Below are positions 36,064 through 45,155 of a stretch of DNA of 45,155 nt, piece after piece. The position numbers and the translations under genes were made by a program. The number at the start of each line of letters is the position of its first letter. The stretch's first letter is position 1. The notes below the pieces were generated by a model. It did not search any database. It was not told where the DNA came from and was given only the letters and a program-made list of their open reading frames with translations. The DNA comes from Octopus bimaculoides. Taxonomy: Eukaryota. The stretch spans positions 62,931,045 through 62,976,199 of the forward strand of contig NC_068982.1 of NCBI RefSeq assembly GCF_001194135.2, given 5' to 3'.

Positions 36064-36491
36064 CATGTCTAGTGTAACATTATCCATCGTGCCCAGTCTT
36101 TCTTACGCTGGATATAATTTTGAAAAATGTGCAGTTGCCATTTCTACTTGATCGAGCTTCTCACTGGTTCATGAATCAACGAACTGTTTTATAATTTATC
36201 ATCAGATCAGCCGTCATCGATCACATCTGTGTTCAAAGTTATCCCAACTATGACCATCTCTCGTCCTTTTATATATCATCAACCAGTGTACCTTTCCTTT
36301 CTTATAGCAGAATTGGCTGCTCTTCTCAGTACGTCGAGCGACTACGCACCACTTACAGGCTCCGGCATTGGTTCATGAGTCAGTGAGTCAATGTAAGTAG
36401 CATTAGTGTAGAGTTCAGTTTTTCGGAGTAGCTGTTTCAGTAGTGGCAGCAGAAACAGCAGCGGCAGGAGCAGCAATAGTAGTGTTATCAT

Positions 36492-36569
<78 letters not shown>

Positions 36570-36797
36570 ACTGAGAAAGATAAAGAAAGAAAGCGATAAA
36601 CAAAGAAAGAAAATATAAAGACGCAAAAGCATTAAGGTTAGTTACTCAGAAACACCATCTTGAACAGTTAAGTAGTTTAAAAATATTAAATGCATAGCAT
36701 CAAAATTCTAATTAGAAATGATAATGCGTTGGGAGTGGAGGACAATTAGCTCGTCACTAGTGTTATTTCAATCCCTTCAGCAAATACGGCAGACAAT

Positions 36798-36836
36798 CTC
36801 AAACGTGTTTTGGTCTTTTTAGACATCATCAGTGAA
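36798..36836 (-). ncRNA. Degenerate minimal hammerhead motif
   Basis: UUCA-CUGAUGA-U-GUC(UAAAAA)GAC-C-AAAA-CACGU-U-UGAG; GAAA appears mutated to AAAA. Confidence 0.55.
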
Positions 36837-37307
36837 GCACGGACTTCTCCACTCAGAGCGCTGTTGCTTGCGCTGAATAATTTCACTCCCTTTCAGCTGT
36901 TGATTTTCATGCAGATGGCCTGAGTGATATATATATCAGTGTTGTTTTTCTTAAAAATACTAATTTTCCACATCAATTCAGGCTACAGTACTGTGATTTT
37001 ATATTGTAAATTCTGGTATTACTACTTCGGTAACTATGGCAATGCATCTACTTCGTTGACATGGCCTAATAATACCGAAATATCCTCGAAGTTGTCTCCC
37101 TTGGTTAAATGAATAAAAGATTGCTTATTGAGCTGAAGTTCTCCCCGAAGCGCTATGATATTTATTGGGTTTTTGCTTTTTTGCATTGAATGCATTCTGC
37201 TTAGCAAGAGAGGATATACTTAGGAGTATCCATAACAGTTCATAGAAAAAAAATAAATTACAGTAAGTTAATATGCCGTGGTGAGTAAAAGACCAACTTT
37301 TCGGATA

Positions 37308-37345
37308 CTTTTCTGAAGAAGGCTGAATGTCCAAAACGTTAAAAG
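37308..37345 (+). ncRNA. Degenerate minimal hammerhead motif
   Basis: CUUUU-CUGAAGA-A-GG(CUGAAUGU)CC-AAAA-CG-UU-AAAAG; perfect 5-bp helix I; GAAA appears mutated to AAAA. Confidence 0.6.
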
Positions 37346-37669
37346 AACCCTCTTGAAGCAAATCAACTCATTGGAATACTTTTTTCTAAATACTTTTAAG
37401 GATAAATTCTTACTTACGCAGAGCTACTCCCATTTCCTTGTATTAGAGGAATAGTTTCGCGAAAGTTAGGGAAATATTTGGAGGAAAGTGGTGGATGTAG
37501 GCGTTCGAGATTGTTAGTCTCTACTTTTTTGAATCCTGTCAAGAGTATGAGTATATGGCAATTGCTTCTGCGTTGAAAATACTTTAGCTTTGTAAGAGTA
37601 CAATAAAATTTTGTTGTTGTTGATGTAAGAATTCTTTTTTACAAACTTCCGGAGAACATGAAAGAATTC

Positions 37670-37840
37670 TTTATGGTATGGTGGATCTCGAAACAAATAA
37701 AGCTCTAAATAACATTGTCTAAATATTGGATTAAAAACTCTGTGGCTAAAGAAGAGCCGAAGGAATCCCATGCAACTCGAACCCCCATCTCCTGTAAACA
37801 TTGACAGGCTGTTTACCACTCCACTGGACCAAAGCAATCC
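37670..37840 (-). mobile_element. Old tRNA-headed repeat (family E)
   Basis: Minus strand TGGTCCAGTGG (A-box-like) and GGTTCGAGTTGC (B-box-like); partial copies at 37965-38135. Confidence 0.5.
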
Positions 37841-39418
37841 TTTCAATTTCTCTATCCATTTTAAAAACTTTATTCTTACTAACGAGAAGTGCCTGTTGTT
37901 GAAGTTATACGACCTTTTGTTTTATAAATTTCGAAAGAAAGTGAAATAAATTTATTTTGGGGACTGGTGGATCTGAAAGCAAATAAAACTATAGATAATA
38001 ACATATAAATGTTGGTTTAAAAAAAACCTTTGGCCGACGTCAACAACATTCAATTCTCGCTGGTAACAATGAAGTTTCTAAAATGGGAAGAGACATCTGA
38101 CTGATTGCTTTGGTCCAGTGGTAGAACGTCTGTCGTGTTTAGAGATGTAGTTGAGTATTATAGACCGCCTTTGACTTGTTCACACACACACACACACACA
38201 CACACATGTTCATATATATATGTATATACATATATATGTGTGTGTATCTAATCTAAATATATATATATATATATATATATATCATCTGTTTTCTTTTCTT
38301 TTAGCAATTAGACTGCGGCCATGTTGGGGCACGGTCGTAAAAAAACTTATATATATATATATATATGTATGCATGTGTGTGTATCGATTTAATATCTAAG
38401 AATCAATCTGTTGATTTGTCAGCACAGTTAAATTGTACTATGCATATGAGGTAAAATACACCAAAATGTATTCCCTTAGATGTATCTTGCCCGCAGTCAA
38501 ATGTTAGACTAAGAATTCCTTAACGGTTACGAGTAATTTGAAGAACGTTTTATTAAATTTGGTCTTGAGACACGCTAAAAATTGTCGAAATTTTCCTTTT
38601 GTGTCTTTAGACTAAAAGTAAATTTCAAGTATATGTGTAAATGTATATGTATGGATATATTCACTCCATCATTTGTATTCTTCCTTTTAGGCAACAGTGA
38701 GAAACTCGGACTAGCTTGGAACAGATCCACAAATTCAATTATATGCATGGAGTACATTTTCTTTCCTTTGTAAATGCATAGACACACACACACATATACT
38801 CATATACCTACATATAAATCGTATGCGTTAATAGATGTCAATATTTATACACGCTTACTGATGGTCGAACGCACACATACAAAGATATGCAGAAATTAAG
38901 TTATAAGGGAATTATATAAAACGGAGAATAAATATGGGGAGAAAGACACAATACAAGAAGTTCAAAATTTTAAATGAAAACTACAGCAAACTTACTTTGT
39001 GATGTGTAATGCAAGAAAGGCTGTAAGTTTTGAAAAAGTGCATCGTGAAATGATGTGACTGTCAATTTTTTTTTTCTACAATTAACTGAAGCTAGATCTT
39101 TCTCGGCTCTGATCTGAATAAATCACGGTAGAGAGGAGCAATAATAATATACAATTGGAGACGTCAGAGCAGCAAGCAAATAATGCGTAGAGAGATTACT
39201 GAGACGAGAAAAACGGAATGTAGACGACATTTTTAAATGAAAAGATAATGCAGTTAACGTTATTGTTGGCAAAACAGGAAGGATTTAAAGGCATAGAAAA
39301 TATGCTATTTTATGTGATTGTATTGATTTCAAGCTTTGACAAAATAGCATACAATGAAATGCTGTACGATAAATTTATCAAATACACACACACACGCACA
39401 CACGCGCGTGTGCACACA

Positions 39419-39513
<95 letters not shown>

Positions 39514-40061
39514 ACACACACGCACACACAGAGAGAATGTTTTGGAAGAAGGATGATTGAAATTTAACAGTGTAACAGAAAAACAAATGTGAAATAATAC
39601 GTTAATGAATAAATCATTTGACAAATAGAATTCATTCGATTAGAAGAACATTTTTGTATTTTCCTCTGCAGATATCTTGCAAGAAAAGCCAATTTTAGAC
39701 GGAATAGCAAAAGGAGAAGATAATTCGAAGTTTCGAACACAATACGAAATATAATAACCTTACTCAACTGTAAATATTATTGAGTCTAAAAAGGGTCTGA
39801 AAAGTTACGGGTTCTGAATGATTTCTTCACATTAAATTGTAAAAGAAAGAAGAAGAATGAGTAAAATAGACTGATGCCATTATTTCTCTGAGTGACTTTC
39901 TGTTGTTGGATTGTAAAACACATTCAAATCGGAAGATTTGTAGGGAGACGATAAAGACAGAAGATAGAGGCTTCTTGTTTTAACAGAGAGGAGAAATATA
40001 TATGTTATTGTTCAGTTTTATTTCAAAATTTCTTGCCAATAGAGAAAGATCCGGTTCCAAA

Positions 40062-40653
40062 TGTACGTACGTATGTATGTATGTATGTATGTATGTGTTT
40101 GTATGTATGTACGTATGTATGTATGTATGTATGTATGTATGTATGTATGTATGTATGTGTATGTATGTATGTATGTATGTGTGTATGTATGTATGTATGT
40201 ATGTATGTATGCATGTATGTGTGTATGTATGTATGCATGTGTGTATGTGTGTATGTATGTATGTATGTACGTATGTGTGTGCGTGTATGTATGTTATCAA
40301 TCAGTTTCATTTCTGTATTTCTTGTCCATAAAGAGCCGGACTCTAACATAGATTCAAGGCTCCTTCATTGGAACTTTTATCAACATCATCTAGGTATTTG
40401 TGCATATGTGTGTGTGTGCAATGTATGTGTGTGTGTGCAATGTATGTATGTGTGTATTTATGTACGTATGTATGTATGTGTGTATGTATGTATGTATGCA
40501 TGTATGCATGTATGTATGTATGTGTGTATGTATGTATGTGTGTATGTATGTATGCATGTATGTGTGTATGTATGTATGCATGTATGTATGTGTGTATGTA
40601 TGTATGTATGTATGTATGTGTGTGTGTGCGTGTATGTATGTATGTATGTATGT

Positions 40654-40702
<49 letters not shown>
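40062..40702. repeat. (TATG)n/(GATA)n compound microsatellite with embedded family F piece
   Basis: Long tetranucleotide runs. Confidence 0.95.
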
Positions 40703-40703
<1 letters not shown>

Positions 40704-42816
40704 GGATAGACGAGGATGTGAGATAGATATGTGGAGGAAAAGAGTAATGAAATGAAAACTCGGAGCAAATATCAAACGCGCAAATGACGAAACAAACATT
40801 GGTGCATTAAGAAAAGACTTTGAAATAGAGATTCGTCAAGTGGTGAAGTGAAATATTATTTTTATGGACGGAATGAGACAACTTATTGCAGCTGTTCAAA
40901 TGTTGACAATTGAGCTCAGCTAACTGGGCATTCAGCCTGTTTTGGTGACAGTACTTTTTGGTGCTTCAGGCAAACACCCGTGTGTGCAGAAATATACTTA
41001 TACAGATGGAGACAGTGAGAGAGAAAGAGTGGGGGAGGGAAGCGAAAGAACGAGGGAAACATTAAAATGTCTGATGTAAAATAATTTGGAATCCAATCAG
41101 CGAAGCTACGTAAGAGGCGCCAAACGGTTTGAGCAAAACGTTTCGTACCCTTTCATAAATACTTGAATAGAATTACATGATCTCACTCTAGCATTATGGT
41201 ATAAGGTCACTTGTTAAAGAATAAGAATTGTCGAGGACCTTGTAGAACTGGTTATGAAAAATAGGTTTCTAAAACGATTAAATTGCACTTACTTAAAAAT
41301 TGTCTTTTAGGTTTTTTAGATAACAAAATAAATCAACGAATCGTGATGCTGCATCGAAGAGGCCAGGGAATAGAAAAAAGAAGACATGCACCCAACACCA
41401 GAGCTGAAGACACCTCCGAAAGGGGGGGGGGCGCCACGTCAAAACGGTAGAGGAGTAGGGGCCGAAACCGGACGTGGTTCCTCCTGATGATGTCTTGAGC
41501 TAACTGGATCCTATAAAGACGCTGTTGTGGTAGCAGACCACGAAACATGGTTGAAATTCCTCCTATTTAATGCTGGAGTTTCGTAATCTACAATAGAAAA
41601 ATGGAATGAAAATAGTAAAATTAAATGAGATTAGCAATTTTAAAAACAATTTAGAAGGTACAAGAGACAACTGCGGATATGTTTCTGCTCCATTAAACGA
41701 AATCAGCTGACTGTAAACCCACTATAATCGCATTGTTATGGACGGAATCGCAAAAGAAATATACACAAATGAATAGTAGAGGCGGTACCCGTGGAAATTT
41801 TACAGTTAATCCGAAAACTATAAAATTACTGGAAGTTTCATGAGAACCATAAAATACCCAATTCTTTTTGAAATCACATATTTTGGAAATGTTTTGGTTG
41901 GTCATTGAAATATTGCAAAGTTCACACAGGTCATATTAAAAGTGTAGCTTAGAAAATTATATTCTTTCTTATGCACTTGATCACACTTCTACATCTAGCG
42001 TTACGTGTTTATTTTTATCTTTATTGCAAGAAATAAACAATCTGAACTTTGAAATGAAACCGAACATGTAATGTCTCTGGAGCATGTCAGCTACAGTGCG
42101 ACTACGTTTGTAGTCTTCATCTGCTATATTACATATTCATCTTTTTATCTTTATATCAGAGAAAGATGGATATAATCGGACTTGAACCCGAAGTAGAGTA
42201 GCTACCCCACCGAGCCGTGGATCCTAAAATGTACAATACACATGCGCGTGCACATACTCATAGCATTTAGTTTGAAGTATTGCGGAGTTGTTTGCAAGAC
42301 ATCGTTTATCAATCAATTGTCTTATGAATAATATAACAAACATTTTAGCTATAATAGATTATGTCTCCATTTTTGTTCCATAGTTTACCAGTCTTACGAT
42401 AATATTGTATGTATAATAGATTGCATTCGATTTCATTAAAAAGGCCAAACTTTACGTACTATGAGGTTATGTCAGCGAATGTTCTGAGATGCTATGGCAA
42501 TTGGCCATTGATGCACACGATAGAAACGACTTGGATAAGGTAACTAAAAATCTAAACATGAACGCATAAAATGAAAGTGCTGCTCAAAGGTTAGAGAGGT
42601 GATCTACTCATTACTGTGCCGTACACAAATCTTATCACAGCTAGTCTAACATATTAAGATTGTAAGCCATTATCATTGTTGTCTGACACTACATATTTGA
42701 TCCAACTTTCGCTTAAAAAAAAACACGTTATCAAATGTGTTTGCAGAGACCGAAGTATATATCTTTGATTATGCGCGCGCATACACATATATATGCGATG
42801 GATTTTGGTAAGCGCG

Positions 42817-42993
42817 TATATACGCGCAGGAAAAATGCAGGGTGGAAGGTAGAATACAGAAAAAATATCTGTAAAAAATATGAGCAATAAACCTATAAAA
42901 CAATATCTCTATAAATATGTAAGAAAAAAAATATATATTATATATTTTTTCTGTATTCTACCTTCCACCCTGCATTTTTCCTGTGCGTATATA
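42817..42993. repeat. 52-bp inverted repeat with 73-bp spacer (putative TA-flanked MITE)
   Basis: 42817-42868 vs rc 42942-42993, one mismatch. Confidence 0.85.
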
Positions 42994-43504
42994 GACGCGT
43001 ATATGGAACATTTTGTGCGCGCTTGTGGATGTATGCGTGTGTGCGGGTATGTGCGTATATAGACGTGTTTTACCCTTATTGCTTTTTACACATTTTTACA
43101 CTTTTTTCTGTATTTTGCCTTTAGCCCTGTTTCTTCTTGTGCATGTGCGTATATAGACGTGTGCATGAACTTTCTTTGAGCGTGTGTGTGTGTGTGTGTG
43201 TGTGTGCAAGCGTGTTGCGCNNNNNNNNNNNNNNNNNNNNNNNNNNNNNNNNNNNNNNNNNNNNNNNNNNNNNNNNNNNNNNNNNNNNNNNNNNNNNNNN
43301 NNNNNNNNNNNNNNNNNNNNNNNNNNNNNNNNNNNNNNNNNNNNNNNNNNNNNNNNNNNNNNNNNNNNNNNNNNNNNNNNNNNNNNNNNNNNNNNNNNNN
43401 NNNNNNNNNNNNNNNNNNNNNNNNNNNNNNNNNNNNNNNNNNNNNNNNNNNNNNNNNNNNNNNNNNNNNNNNNNNNNNNNNNNNNNNNNNNNNNNNNTTA
43501 CTCC

Positions 43505-43660
43505 CTTACCCTCCTCCTCCTCCTCCTCCTCCTCAGTCATCATCATCATCATCCTTCTTCTTCTTCTTCTTCTTCTTCTTCTTCTTCTTCTTTTTTTTCT
43601 TCTTCTTCTTCTTCTTCTTCTTCTTCTTCTTCTTCTTCTTCTTCTTCTTTTTTTCTCCTC
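43505..43660. repeat. (TCC)/(TCA)/(TCT)n microsatellite
   Basis: Trinucleotide runs. Confidence 0.93.
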
Positions 43661-45045
43661 CTCCACCGACACGTGTACTGTTCTTCTTCCTCCGCCTTTA
43701 TCATCTTCTTGAAACAAGACTTCAGTTACAGCAAGCATACTTTGCCTTATTAGCCATCGGTAGCAAAATATGATCTTCTCAATACTATTTAGGCAGAGAA
43801 AAGTGGTGTTTATAAGTAGAAAAAGTAATAAAAGATGCTTCATAGCAAAATTAAAGAAACAATCGTGGGCTAAGATAAATAGCTCATATGGATTATCGCT
43901 ATCCCTCAGGCAGGTGGTAATTTACTGAATTTTTCTTACAAAAAATAGCAAAAAGAAAAGAAAGAAACAAAGAAAGAGAGAAAGAAACAAAGGAAATCAT
44001 GAATTGAGACTCGGGATTAAAATCTTCATAACTCACTCGGCTCATTGGTATAAGGGATACAGGACACCAGTGCTATGACATGTTTCTAGTCAGCCAGAAG
44101 TAAACAGACCTTTGAGCATTAACAAGTCATTAGCTTTGCTTATACTTTCAGTGAACAAACTTCTGATTAGAGTTTATACCTGCCAATCGAAAAAAAGAAA
44201 TTATTTGTACTGTGTACTGCGAGATCTGAAACGATGATTTGGATATATATCCCAGCAGATTCAAACATAAATATGCTAGTCGCTGTTATGTGCAACAGAT
44301 TCAGCTCATAGGCACAAGGTATTCAGAGACACCAGTGTCTCTCGTCAACCAGAAATACAGCACCCTTTGAGTCTAAATAAGCTTGTGATGTTGTTTATAG
44401 TTTTACCAAACAAAACTGTTTTCTAATCATTGCATATATCTGCCAAATACAAAAAGTAATCACTATTATGTACAGCTAATTCTGAAACTATGATTGCCAC
44501 ATTTATTCTTAATAGGTTCCGGCATATTTAAATGCAAAATATGTCTTTATAAAATACTTGTAAAATGTTCTATCTATTATCAAAACAAGATTAAGAGTAG
44601 TTATAACTTGCTGATATAAATAGCTGTCCCTTGTTGGCTAAGAAAGATTAGACTCATCGCCGCGCTCTCATCTTACTAATTTAATTCTGTGAGGTAACTA
44701 GTTTTCGATTCTTTGAACTTATCATTACTTTTATTTGAGGGATCGCTAAGAATTAATGGTGTTTTTTGCAAACCTTCACTAAATATATAGCAAATTTCAG
44801 TTCATTGTAAATTTTTATGTACGTCATTCAATCCCTCGCAATTTTGCCACAGACCTAGTAGCGTTATTTTCCTTAGAACACTTTCCTACATATGTTTCTA
44901 TGATTGCGTACATGCACGTGCATTTGTGTGTGTATGTGTGTGAGTATGTGGGTTATGCAATGTGTACACAACATTTATCTGGCACCGTACACGGAAACCT
45001 TATGACGGTCTATCAAACAATTCACGGTAATGTATATACATGCAC

Positions 45046-45152
<107 letters not shown>

Positions 45153-45155
45153 ACT

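Noticed and set aside
39980-40799. YVCM/HTYI-repeat ORFs
   Set aside because: Translations of (TATG)n/(CA)n repeats
44200-44400. Complex-looking unique sequence with a GAGACAC-CA-GTGTCTC hairpin
   Set aside because: All frames examined close quickly, and the 7-bp stem is expected by chance

Overview
AT-rich eukaryotic draft-assembly window with 11 N-gaps and very dense microsatellites. It looks like cephalopod (octopus-like) intronic or intergenic DNA; this is inferred from the repeat landscape, not proven. There is no complete host gene, rRNA, true tRNA gene or CRISPR array, and almost all ORF-track entries are microsatellite or N-gap artefacts. Supported content: several tRNA-derived SINE families (my labels A-F, many copies), decayed LINEs (two RTE 3' ends with tandem C2H2 fingers, one near-full-length RTE-X-like LINE with an inverted 5' half, one CR1/L2-like 3' fragment), a near-full-length mariner, an internally deleted Tc1-like element, a hAT MITE and two related GGATC-ended foldback MITEs (one with a telomeric-repeat palindrome core). 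Highlights: an apparently intact hammerhead ribozyme at 9185-9233 (-) inside an inverted Penelope-like repeat, further degenerate hammerheads, and one candidate first coding exon (7776-7868, -). Repeat boundaries were read by eye and are approximate unless a TSD or TIR fixes them.
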